A stretch of 62,311 bases of DNA, counting the filler, from Dimorphilus gyrociliatus (Eukaryota; Animalia; Annelida), in assembly GCA_904063045.1 (NCBI GenBank). It is 3 parts of 3 records of this genome, joined end to end, with 100 filler letters (N's around TTAATTAATTAA, not from the genome) between each part and the next. Parts side by side here need not be neighbours in the genome. Positions count along the whole stretch, not along the records: positions 30,176 to 55,406 come from CAJFCJ010000050.1; 2 more parts are not named here. One strand, written 5' to 3'. The position numbers and the translations under genes are program-made. Below the pieces are notes generated by a model, which saw only the letters and a list, made by a program, of their open reading frames with translations, had not been told where the DNA came from and searched no databases. Below, one piece after another: positions 37,380 through 48,570 of the stretch (position 1 is its first letter; each line of letters starts with the position of its first letter).

Positions 37380-39335
37380 CCTAAGGTATGACCAAGTTGT
37401 ATTTGATGAGCTTGTCTAAGGTATGGCCAAGCTATGACTAATTAGCTTTTTCAAGTGTTAAACTTTGTTTCTAAAGATAAATATAAACTAGACAGTTTGG
37501 TAACTGTAAAATGATGATGGGGTATTAGAGACAAGCCTTCAAGTATATTTATCCTCACTGTGTCATTCAAACCAGCTTATCAACTGGACCTAATATACAG
37601 TCCGCAAGAGAAGTTTTCATATATAGAAAAAAAAAAATTTTTTCTGTAATTTTGAGGAATAGAATTATGTTGTTTAAAGGATATTTTATGTAATTTCATA
37701 TAATATTTCTTTTTTTCAGCTTTCTAGAACATATTTGTTTTTATATTAGACAACAAGTATTTTTTCGCAATAATCCTATATAATTTAAAATGTGCCATAA
37801 GTATCCATATAAGGATGATTTTTGTCTAAAACTTATAAAACATTCCAATTTCGAACAATTACATTTTAGAAGACAATTCCTTAAAATTACTTGTTAAGAT
37901 GAAGTATCATCCACAAATCAGAGAGCTGGCAAGATGAAAAGAAACAGAGATGACATATGACAGACTTTCAGTTGACCTGAATATCCCTATGTCATCTCTG
38001 CAATACATTTGCCATGATAGAAGGGAAGAACAACCTAAAAGAATGGGTAGACCTTCAAAGGTAAGTGAAAGAACAAAAAATCTTATAAAAAGAGAATGTG
38101 AAAGACTACAAGAAAAAAAAGAGAAATTTAGGGTTGGATATCTCAAAAAGGACCATTCAAAGGATTCTGAAAGAGAATGGAGCAAGTTATATGACTATCC
38201 CCAAAATTTGCCTTTTAAGAGCAAGAGCTAAAAGAACTAGGTTGAAGTAGTAGGTGGATGGGTTCAACAACAACTCAATTTTAGTAAAGTTATCTTTACT
38301 GATGAGTCCAGATTTTCTCTGAATGGCCCAGACCATATGCTAACTTGGCAATGGGATGATTGTCCAAGACTCTATAGAAATAAGCTCCCTGTTGGTTGAG
38401 GAGGAGTGATGATGTGGGGGTGTATATCCTCAGATGGTGAAGTCTTCATCCAAAGACTTCCCTCTAACATCACTGGAGAAATTTACTCTGAAGTTATTCA
38501 CAGGACAGTTTTTCCACTGTTAAGGGAGAAATTTGGTGAAGACTTCATCTGGCAGCAGGACAATGCACCCCCACACACTGCCAGTGTAACAAGAGATACA
38601 CTGCAGGAGAATAGAATACAAGTCCTTCCTTGGCCTCCATATTTACCAGATCTCAACCCCATTGAAAATTTATGGGGCTATTTGAAACAAAACATTTATG
38701 AAATTACCAGATGTCAATCACTCAATGATTTGTGGGACAAAATTATATTAGAGATGGAAAAAATAAATAGAGATAATAGTCAATATGTTAAACATTTATA
38801 TGAAAGAATGGGAGAAAGAGTTTGGCAAGTTGTTGCCAACAAAGGTGACAGGATTGAAAAATAACTTTAATACCTTGACAAAAAAAATGATGTCAAATTA
38901 CTTAATTAAGTTTATATTAACACTTATGGCGCATTTCTTCTCTCTTAATTTTAAAGATAAATAAACATTAAATTTAAAAACATATTTTTTTCAGCAAAGC
39001 AAATCCAAAGTTTCATTTCAGACATATTCTTCAACAAATATTTACAAAAAAAACCCGAAAAATTCCTAATAGAAATAAAAAAAAGAGCTCTTTTATCAAA
39101 AAAAATTAAATGTTTTTCCATATATGAAAACTTCTGTCGCGGACTGTACACTGGGACAAGCCTTCTATTCCTTCAACATTGGACACTAGTTTGGCAATTT
39201 GGCAACCTACTTTCATAGAATATTTACTCTGCTATTTAACTTTCATATTGCTACTTGCTGAAGTATTTTATTTTGAATAAACCTCTGAAATTAGATACTT
39301 TGTTTAAAGGTTTGAGCAGAACCAGTACTGTTTAA
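37380..39335 (-). mobile_element. Older diverged copy of the solo-LTR-like element, split by the Tc1 insertion
   Basis: 37380-37597 and 39149-39335 match consecutive parts of the reverse complement of 30650-31284. Confidence 0.6.
37598..39146 (+). mobile_element. Tc1/mariner (DD34E) DNA transposon, full length (1549 bp), inactivated
   Basis: 33-bp TIRs CAGTCCGC(A/G)A(G/C)AGAAGTTTTCATATAT(A/G)GAAAA with 3 mismatches. TA TSD at 37596-37597 and 39147-39148. GRPSK; VIFTDES; QQDNAPPH-X-PDLNPIENLW with 34 residues between D and E. Stop at 38397-38399 plus frameshifts. Confidence 0.93.
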
Positions 39336-40403
39336 TTTGGCTACAATATTCTTTACAGAGCTAAAGATTTTGTAGGGATTATTTACTAACAAAAGGTTTT
39401 TGATAATGAGAAAACTAGAAGAATTGTGGTGCATTTCTTGATATAAGATTTATTCTAATTTTATAAATATAATAGAAAATGGTTGGAACTTGGTCGATAT
39501 AGATATTTCTTCATAATTGAGTTATTAAAAGAATGTGTCATAGAAAGCATTATGGAAAAAACATTCAAATTTTAAACAGGATAAGTAATGCTTATACTGC
39601 TCTAATCAGCACATAGCTGGGTTAGGTAGAAATTGGACCCAGATTTAAATAAATCAATCAGCAATCTTGTAAATATTTGAATAAGTTAATAGGAGATAAT
39701 TGTTTTCTAAAAATGTGTTTAACTGTCAGTGATAATAGTTTTTGTTTATAAAATCCAGGTACGATTTCACCCACAATGGGTACGGTTTCACCCCTATGCC
39801 CATTTCTTCAACTTTAGGTGACTAATCATTTTCGACCATTGTCAGATATTTCTTTTTTTTTCTTCTAGCTTCTGCTACTCTGTCTTCGAGTTTCCCATAA
39901 TATATAAAGTCTATATTTAAATTTAAAAAGCTGAATAGTTTCTCCAATGTCTACTGTACTTTCCTGTTGGGGTTGTAGGTAAGTACTGATCCAAATAGAA
40001 CCGAGCCAGGAGTAAACCACTTAGAAGAGGGATGTAGAATTGATGAAGGATGAATATAGAACCAAAACGTAAGGATAATATAACTGTATTCTAAAGTAAT
40101 ACTAGACCTGTTCACTAAGAGGGTTGATTCAGGACTGAATGCCTGTTACTGCCTACGCCCTGCTCTTATACAATTCCTTATCAGTTGTTTATGCTTTATC
40201 TGTCAACAACAAGGGTGTAACCCCAGATAAGGGTTGTTCACAACAAACAGTGTCAAGGGTTATCAAATTATGCAATAGTGATGTAAATAACAACAACTGT
40301 GTGTAGGTTACCCCTCAAGGGTCAATTCTTACATCATATTTATGTAAATAAACACTTGTTGTTGTTGTCAACATGTTTGTTATGTAACATCTTATCCTTT
40401 GCC

Positions 40404-40486
40404 TATAAAAGGGGTTGATTCTGGCAGTTGGGTACCATCTACCCTAGAGGCAACATCTACTTCAACACTTCTACCATATAGTAAGT
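40404..40486 (+). promoter_or_regulatory. Putative TATA box (TATAAAAG) and non-coding first exon ending in a GTAAGT donor, upstream of the peptide gene
   Basis: TATAAAAG at 40404-40411; consensus donor at 40481-40486; acceptor-like ctactttag just upstream of the ATG at 41177. Confidence 0.45.
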
Positions 40487-41176
40487 ATCATTTATAAAAT
40501 ATCTATAAACTATAGTTCATAAGTGTACATCTACTAATGATTAAATTTGATACTTTGCTAAGCCATTATTATAAAATTAATATATAACTAATGTCACTGT
40601 TATTAAATTACAAAAATATTTCATCTGTCTTTTGACACTGCCAATTCCAATAATAGTATAAAACATATATAATATCCTGTGGATAATACTTTCTTTGGAC
40701 ACACCGTAGTATAGTTAAAAAGGGAAATGCAAAATTTCATTATTCAAATATACAAAAAAGTATGCAAGGAGAATAAAAGTAAAGTTAAAAGCAACAATAT
40801 ATGTTAGACATGTTATCGAAGCTGTAAAGCTGTTTTTGAATCAATATCAAATTCATCTGTCAATTTGTTGTTTACAGTTGAAATAACCTGCTTTCTTTTA
40901 TGCAATATGAGTAGTATAAAAAAATATAATTTCTTTTCATTTAAATAATAAAAAACCTTATTTAAACTGGTTTTATTCAAATTATTTAGAGTTTTTGTCA
41001 GTTACCATTAAAAAAGAAGTTTTATTGAAAATATCATATTGCAGAAAACAAATATTTTACAGCTGATTGATTTTCAAATTCTCTTTGAAGCAAAATGTCT
41101 ATAAAGGACACAGGGCACAAACTTTATCTATCATTTCTACTTTAGATTTTTCACAATCTGTCTATCCTGTAACAAG

Positions 41177-41490
41177 ATGAAATATCTTCTCATTGCTTGC
41201 CTTTTCATGGTGTTGGCTCAACAAGCATTTTCTGCTCCTTTAGTCAGTCAATTGATTGAATTGTTGGAAGAAAGAGAAAGAGCATTGATGAATAGAGAAA
41301 CCTTTGAACAGCTTTTAGATAAGGTATAAATAATTTTTAGATAAAAGTAAACATAACTTTTTCTACCAATTTTTTTTAGAGAAATTTTACCCCCCATCAA
41401 TGTCGACTTTGCAGGGATAATATAATACCATCAAAAGTATGCAATCTGGAGAAATTCTCATGTCATGACATGTACAGCATCGATTTTTAA
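41177..41490 (+). CDS. Small secreted Cys-rich prepropeptide (85 aa, 2 exons)
   Basis: Exons 41177-41323 and 41380-41490 with a 56-bp GT-AG phase-0 intron. MKYLLIACLFMVLAQQAFSA signal; acidic pro-region; K|R dibasic site formed across the junction; mature NFTPHQCRLCRDNIIPSKVCNLEKFSCHDMYSIDF*. Confidence 0.75.
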
Positions 41491-41589
41491 TCTAGAAAAG
41501 AAATTTACATGAGTTGGATGCTAATAACAAGTGATTTTATGTTTTCTTGTTTTATGTTTATACATTACTCTTACTGAAATACAACAACA

Positions 41590-42720
41590 CAAAAAGATCA
41601 CTTTAAAAATTTAACATTCTGGTGGCTTATATTGTAGGGATATTGTTGAAAACGCCCGCTAACCTTCTGAAAACGCCCACTGTCCTTGTTGAAAACACCC
41701 ACCGTTTCCTCCATGTATTTAACAAGATCATGTAATTTGTCAACCTCAGTTAAATTTCTTTTAATCTTTTTAAATTGATGCTGAATGATATTACCAGGAA
41801 GAAAGGGAAGGGCTAACATCATTCTCATTGCATACCACTCTCCCTTTTTATTTTTGTAGTCTCTACTATAGCCAAGCTCCTATTGTTTTTTCAACATTTA
41901 AAAATTTAAAGTTCAATTTAAAATCACTACCTTGATTTTTCTAAATACAGCCTGAGACCAATGAAATAAACATCCACTTATTTCTGCATTTTCCCAGACA
42001 AAATTGCTTTCCAAATTGCCTTTTCAAAATCAATTATAAATCTTTTTGGCTGATGATTATTTGTTAATTCACAAACTGTCTAAAAAATTTACAAAGAGTA
42101 ATTTAATTAAAGAATTATTTTAGAAAGACAAACAGAAAAATTTTGATCTTACTTGAAACAATAGTTCATATGCTTTTTCCTTTTTTGAAGACATGAACAC
42201 AGTTAATAGTGGTACTTGTTTCAATTTTCATTTATATCTTTCCCTAGAAATCTGTCAGGTAAAAAGGTTTAGAAAAAAATTAATACCATCTGGTTCTCTT
42301 GGACAATTTTTTCTCTTGTGATAATTCACAACTTGTACACAGCATGTTACTTTTGGTAAATGTTCTGCCTCTGTATGGTTTATCAAAACCTCTACTGCAA
42401 TTCTTCTTCCACTTAGTATTAGATTTTCTTTACTTTTGGTTTTTAAATCACTTCTTATCAACAGCTTCTTCTCATTATCCTTATTTCCCAATGTGTGTGT
42501 GCTCTTTTACCTAAAGTAAAAGAAGATCCATTTTGATTGACACTAGCAGGACATCTTTGATTTTTATTTCTTCTGCTGCAAATCCATACAGTTCTCTTCT
42601 TTATTTTAAATTTTATATTAAAAGAAGAGCCATTATGCACTAGTAAATCCTTTCCTTTCTGACTACCATTTTTTATAATTTCAAACTTAGGTGAATCAAA
42701 AAATCATTTGGACTATTGCT
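41590..42720 (-). mobile_element. Second FLYWCH-MULE transposase remnant
   Basis: FLYWCH HNGSSF..VWICSRRNKNQRCPASV..HTH; PREPDGINF; DFEKAIWKAI and GCLFHWSQAVFRKI in broken frames; MLALPFLP. Confidence 0.8.
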
Positions 42721-43489
42721 ATCATTGACATTTTCCACAGCTTTATCAGCATATTGTTGATCACATATTTTATACAACACTATTTTTAAATGGCATTTTG
42801 ACATTCTTAAACAGACTGAGCAAAGACATTTGTCAGACCCTGTTTAATAAATTATAAACATTTAAAAAATAAAATTACTGAAACTAACCATTAACACACT
42901 TATTGTGGTAATCATGGTGACAAAGATTGCATTTGAAACCAGTATTATTTCTTTTAATAAATTTTTTACAAATATTACATGACACCATGCTTCTTCCAGG
43001 GAATGATTTTGAAAGTTATCCAATTTTCTTAAAATAATTAATTTTTTTATTTAATTTCAAGTTAGGATGTATCTTAAACTATTCATACATTAATTCATTC
43101 ATTATTTATGTTAATAACTCCCATATTAGTCAAAAAAATATCTAAAAACAATAATTAGACCTTACCTCAAGAGAATCAAAGCAAAACAGTCCAAACAAAA
43201 AATGGTGACAATTGAGACAGAAAACAGCCAAGAAAATTTTAAATATATAATATCTATATTACAATACAATAAATTTAAATTTTTTTGTATAGTATTTAGT
43301 AAATATGGATGAAAAATAATATATTTTCCACCAGTTTTCCCTAAAAGGTTGAATATTTCAGTTAATTTTAAATTCATACAAAATACATTAAAGAAGCTAA
43401 AAGGAGGCTTTTAGCTGACTTTGTTGTCATAAAGTCCATTGGGCTTGTTTATCAGGTAAACTTGAATTTAATTGTAATGTAAGCTAATT

Positions 43490-43700
43490 ACCAAATTGTC
43501 TTCCAATGCTGAGGAGTAGATGGATGCCTCCAGTGTAGGTTCTTTCCAGGTTATCTTCCCAGGTCCTTGGGTCCAGATAAGAATCCTTAGAATGAAAATA
43601 GTGAGGATTTATATACTTTTGCACTTTTATAGAAGTAAGAATAGTCACATACACATACATTCGTCAGCTATACTCTACAATAGAGAGTATAATAATATTT
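43490..43700 (+). repeat. Partial duplicate of the LTR-like element plus adjacent flank shared with ~33530-33870
   Basis: ttaccaaattgtcttccaatgctgaggagtagatgg... and acacatacattcgtcagctatactctacaatagaga occur in both places. Confidence 0.65.
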
Positions 43701-44369
43701 AGTAATGTTTACAGTCAAAAAGATGAGAAAATTGTAAAAATGACTGATTTGGAGGAAGATAATACCTGTATTGATATAACACTTGAAAACAAATTTGATT
43801 TGAGAGTTCCTTGGCCAACTGTAGATCAGGAAAAAAAGATTTTTGAAATTGAAGTTAAAGGTGAAAATTTTGGTAAATGTATTAAATTTGATAATAGAGA
43901 GATAAATACAGACCAAGTGCTTCATGAAACATGCTCAATCTACACCAAATAGCTTTTTATAAAAATTTTATATTAAACATGTTTTAATAAACAAAAAGTA
44001 TTATCACTGTCAGTAAAATACATTTTTAGAAAACAATTATGTCCTATCAACTTCTTCAAATATTTACAGGATTGCTTCCAAATACAATTATATAATTATT
44101 TCAATCTTGGTCCAATATCTACCTAACCCATCTCTGTGCTTATTACAGCAGTAAAAGCATTACTTATTCCGTTTACATATTTGTATGTTTTTTCCAAAAT
44201 GCTACTTTTAAAAATGGGATACAATTTCTATGCCACATTCTTTTACTAACTGAAATATGCAGAAATATCTAATTCAACCAAGTTCCAACCATTTTCTATT
44301 ATATTTATATAATATTAAACATCATAATCTGTTATACACACAGATCAATAATTCACCAAGGAGACATAT

Positions 44370-44998
44370 TGTACAACTTTGGTTATATTTTACATGCTTG
44401 AACTCTATTATTTGATGCAACTTATACATGTACATCTTAAAACCTATGCAAGAAAATGCTATAACATTGGCCAAACATAAGTCTGATTAGTCAGCTTCAA
44501 GGCTCATCATTCAATAAAGGTTTGGCCAAGTTATAATCTAATTAACTTGCCTAGGGTGTGGCCAAGTTATAATTCAATTAACCTTCCTAAATGTTGAACC
44601 TTGTAACATCCTCTTACTAAAGATAAATATGAACTACACATTTCGGCAACAGTAAAGTGATGATTGGATGTCAGAGGCAAACCTCAAAGTATATAAATCC
44701 TCACTATTCTCATTTGGCATGCAGCTTCCATCTGGACACAAGGACCTGGGAAAATCATCTGGAAACAACCTCCACTGGAACCATCCATCTACTCCTCAAC
44801 ATAGGAAGACAGTTTGGTAATTTGGCAACCTGCTATTACGAACTATCTACTCTGCTATTGAACTCTCATATTGTTACTTGCTTAAGTATTATTATTGCGA
44901 ATAAACTGTTTTAATTTAAACATTTGTTTAAAGGTTCGAGTAGAACCAGTATTGTTATAACTTGCAAATGCATAAATTTTGCCAGCAAGAGCAGTACA
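44370..44998 (-). mobile_element. Solo-LTR-like element, complete copy (629 bp), TSD ATAT
   Basis: Reverse complement of 30650-31284 with TGTAC/GTACA termini. ATAT at 44366-44369 and 44999-45002. Confidence 0.85.
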
Positions 44999-45640
44999 AT
45001 ATGCTTTCACAACCAAGAGAAATATTCAGTACTGTTTTGGTGGCACAGCAACACAGCTTACCAAGAATTGTCAGTAAGTATTCTTTTAACACAAATTTCT
45101 AGTTTTCTCAAAAAGTATCTGGTATTTCAAAATATTTCATCTATACAAAAATTTTATATAATTTCTATTAACTGCTGAGAGTTTGAATGAAACAATGAGG
45201 ATAAATATACTTGAGAGCTTGTCTCTAATATCTCATGATCACTTTACAGTTACCAAACTGTCTAGTTTATATTTATCTTTAGAAACAATATATTACAATG
45301 TTTAACACTTGGAAAAGCTAATTAGTCATAGCTTAGCCAAACCTTAGACAAGCTCATCAAAAGCAACATGGTCATACCTTAGGTGGCAGTTAAAGATAAA
45401 CTTCAATATCACCAACAAAGCTCTGTGTTTTGCCAAATGTTATTGCATTGTCTTGTCTAGGTTTATACATGATTAAGTTATATATAATAACATAGTATAA
45501 AACAAAACAGAAGTCATACAGTGACATGCCATGCCCTCTTATCTTTCTCACAGATTTTAAAAAAGACTCACCTGAATAATTTGCATGTAAATGATAAACT
45601 TCTCCACACTAGAAAACTTAAATTGGTCTAATCTAACGAA

Positions 45641-46348
45641 ATGATGGGAATTGGCTTCCAAACCATTTGTGATAGTCTCAAATCTTCTTCAAACAGTTTA
45701 AAGAGAATTGACCTCACTGACTGTTTGCTTAATGCTAAGCAAGCTAAATATTTAGGAGAAACATTAAAACATTGCTCAACACTAGAAGACTTCAATTTAT
45801 CATCAAATAGAAAAATGGGAATTGGCTTCCAAACCATTTGTAATGGTCTCAAATTTTCTTCAAACTGTTTAAAGAGAATTGACCTCACTAACTGTTTACT
45901 TGATGATGAGGAAGGTGAATATTTAGGAGAAACATTAAAACACTGCTCAACACTAGAAGACTTCAATTTCTCTGGAAATAGAAAAATGGGAATAGGCTTC
46001 CAAACCATTTGTAATAGTCTCAAATCTTCTTCAAACTGTTTAAAGAGAATTGACCTCCATGACTATTCACTTACTGACAAGGAAGCTGAATATTTAGGAG
46101 AAACATTAAAACACTGCTCAACACTAGAAGACTTGAATTTATCTTCAAATACAACAATGGGAATAGGCTTGCAAATCATTTGTAATGCTCTCAAATCTTC
46201 TTCTAACAGTTTAAAAATAATTAAATTTCACTTCTGTTCACTTAATAATGAAAAAGTCAAATATTTAAGAAAAGTTTTTAAATACTGCATAATACTGGAA
46301 GCTTCGTTTATAAGATTTTGTTTTTCACTTATAGCAGGAAATTCCTAA
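45641..46348 (+). pseudogene. LRR-only NLR-derived ORF (235 aa, ~4 units), inverted paralogue of 35159-37089
   Basis: Same 57-aa unit. Shares ~450 bp of upstream and downstream flanks with the minus-strand copy. The 3' end is truncated by an insertion at 46307. Confidence 0.75.
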
Positions 46349-46560
46349 GAATTTTGTATAAATTGTATTTGATGTTATTTTGGTCTCTCACACCATTCTA
46401 TTACATTCACTCCCTTTTATACCTTGTTGGCGTCACTTAACTGGGTGTTTGACTGTGCTCATCTGCATTGCCATGTTCATGCCACATTGTTATCAACGAT
46501 GTGACAAAACATCAAGTTGGACTGTCCCAGCTCTGGGCCAAGTCAAACTCCCTTCTTAAG

Positions 46561-46620
46561 TGACGCTCACATACTGACGCTCACATACTGATGCTCACAT
46601 ACTGATGCTCACACACTGAC
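46561..46620 (+). repeat. 14-bp minisatellite (TGA(C/T)GCTCACATAC) x ~4
   Basis: Direct reading of 46561-46620. Confidence 0.85.
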
Positions 46621-46789
46621 ACACATTCACTCATAACATATAATGTGAACAGAACATTAGCATATAACGTTCTGTTTAATTCGAATATCTTTAATAATGA
46701 ACGTTTTGCATTCACATTGGATGATTTTGATGATATCTAAACAATTTATCCTCAGATAGTTGACCCCAATCAGGACAGTTGACTCCATG

Positions 46790-47250
46790 ACAATTATTGA
46801 TTTTATTGATATTATAAAACTAAGACAACCTTTTTTGAAGTATTACTGTTAATGATCAGTGTTTCCAAGTGAAGTTTAATGATATCCAATTAATGTCAAC
46901 TACTTTGAATAATATAATTCTAAACACAACTGCAGAAGCTGTTTTTCATTTGCTTTTAAAATTTTCCCAAATTAAGAAAAGATCTCTTTGAATTTGAGTA
47001 TGAATCTTCCTTTGAAGTCTAACTAGCTTTCTTTCATTTAAAAGCTTTTAGTACAGATTTATCAGATCTACCTTCCTTACAATTAATTCTATTTGGTAAA
47101 TTTGAACCACTGGAATACTTGACCAGAACATTTTCAGTAAATTCATTAAAGTAGCATTGTGGTCGGTTGGTCAGGTTTAGGTTTGCAACTAGCCCCATGA
47201 CTTTTAAACATTTCTTTCCTCTCCTTCTCTGAGAAGTGCTTTAATCTTGA
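46790..47250 (-). mobile_element. MULE remnant, inverted duplicate of 34550-34820
   Basis: Reverse-complement identity with 34550-34820 (aaaactaagacaaccttttttgaag..., tttgaagtctaactagctttctttcatttaaaagc). Confidence 0.7.
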
Positions 47251-47439
47251 AATGGATCCTTAAAGCTCAGACTACAAATGAGAAAATTTCTACAGTTAGC
47301 CTTGTTATTGTTTGTGTTGTAGTGTTATTTTTTCTTTTAGGTAAATAAATTGTTTTGAGAGATGTTAAGTAAGAGATTCTGGAACTTGATGTCGATGTGC
47401 AGGATTTATTTTTAACACCAAAAAAACTTGTTGTCTGGC

Positions 47440-47830
47440 AATTTGTTTGTCAAAAAAGGAAAATACTACAACAACAACTGATAAACTAGATTTAATGTTT
47501 TTTACTCCATTTTTGTATCAAATAAAATGGTTGTTGGCATATCATCAAATTTATTGTTATTATTCTTTTATGATTCCAAGAAAAACTGTTCTCCTAGTGA
47601 TTCAATTATAAAAACTGAGGCTTTATTGATATATTAACGTGTTTACCATGCATTCCTTACAGTATTATTCTGGAATTGGTCTTTATTACAAATAGTGTAG
47701 TCTGCAAGATAGGCATGTGTTTAAATCATACAATTTTAAAATTTTGTATATTTGAAAGATGGTTTTTTATTTGTAGGCCTCATTACAAATTCAAGAAAAA
47801 ACACATCTTTCAATTCTTCAGCAAACAGAC
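47440..47830 (+). pseudogene. Class A GPCR fragment, inverted duplicate of 32700-33130
   Basis: NSVVCKIGMCLNHTI..ERWFFICRPH with frameshifts; DNA match to the minus-strand copy. Confidence 0.65.
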
Positions 47831-48409
47831 AAATGGAAAAACGGCAAACTGGACAAATTTTTCAACAATACTTATCAAGAGAGATACAAAAATAGATTTA
47901 CAATAAATAAAGATGAATAGATTAAATATATATTGGATTGAGATTGAACACCCCTCTAGTGGGAAATGAATAGTGAACAATCATCCTATCTCAATCTAAT
48001 CATCTGACAGGATGTTTATTTGTTAAAACTCTGTTATCTCACTTTCTCGAATAGATGGAGGTTTGGGTGTGAACCTACCAGGGTTCACAAAAGCAAAAAT
48101 TACATTTGAAGACAAAGAAGAGTTGTAAATATGTTGATGTTTTTTTTTGTTATCTTTTTCTAATTAATAGTTGAATTTTGAAGGTTTAAGAGTTGCATAG
48201 GATGTAACAATTCCATAGGAAAAGTCCAACAATGAAGAAAACATATGCATTTTATAGTTGACTGTTTTTCTTTTCTATACAGATCTGCATAAAACTATCT
48301 GCTTATCTCTATGAGTGCAATACTAGTTCAATACTACTTATCTTTTGCAGAATAGAGTTGATCCCATAGTAGCCAGTTTTGCATGAACAGTAAAAGGAAA
48401 AATTTACTC

Positions 48410-48570
48410 TGATTACTGAGAGAGATAGAGGCAGGATGAATAGGATCATAAAGAAATTAAAAAGAAATAAGGAAAGGGTGATAGAAGGAAAGATTTAAAA
48501 TGAATTAGAAATAGATGTAAGCATTGCAACAATTCAAAGGGAGCTGAAAAGTCAAAATTTGAAATAATGG
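48410..48570 (+). mobile_element. Possible Tc1-type transposase HTH fragment
   Basis: RDRGRMNRIIKK..ELEIDVSIATIQRELK resembles the Tc1 HTH (VSxxTIxRxL). Short and broken. Confidence 0.35.

Noticed and set aside
41382-41420. Alternative acceptor giving an amidated peptide FYPPSMSTLQ-G*
   Set aside because: It needs the weaker downstream GAG acceptor. The first TAG acceptor gives a KR site and an even-Cys peptide, which is more coherent.
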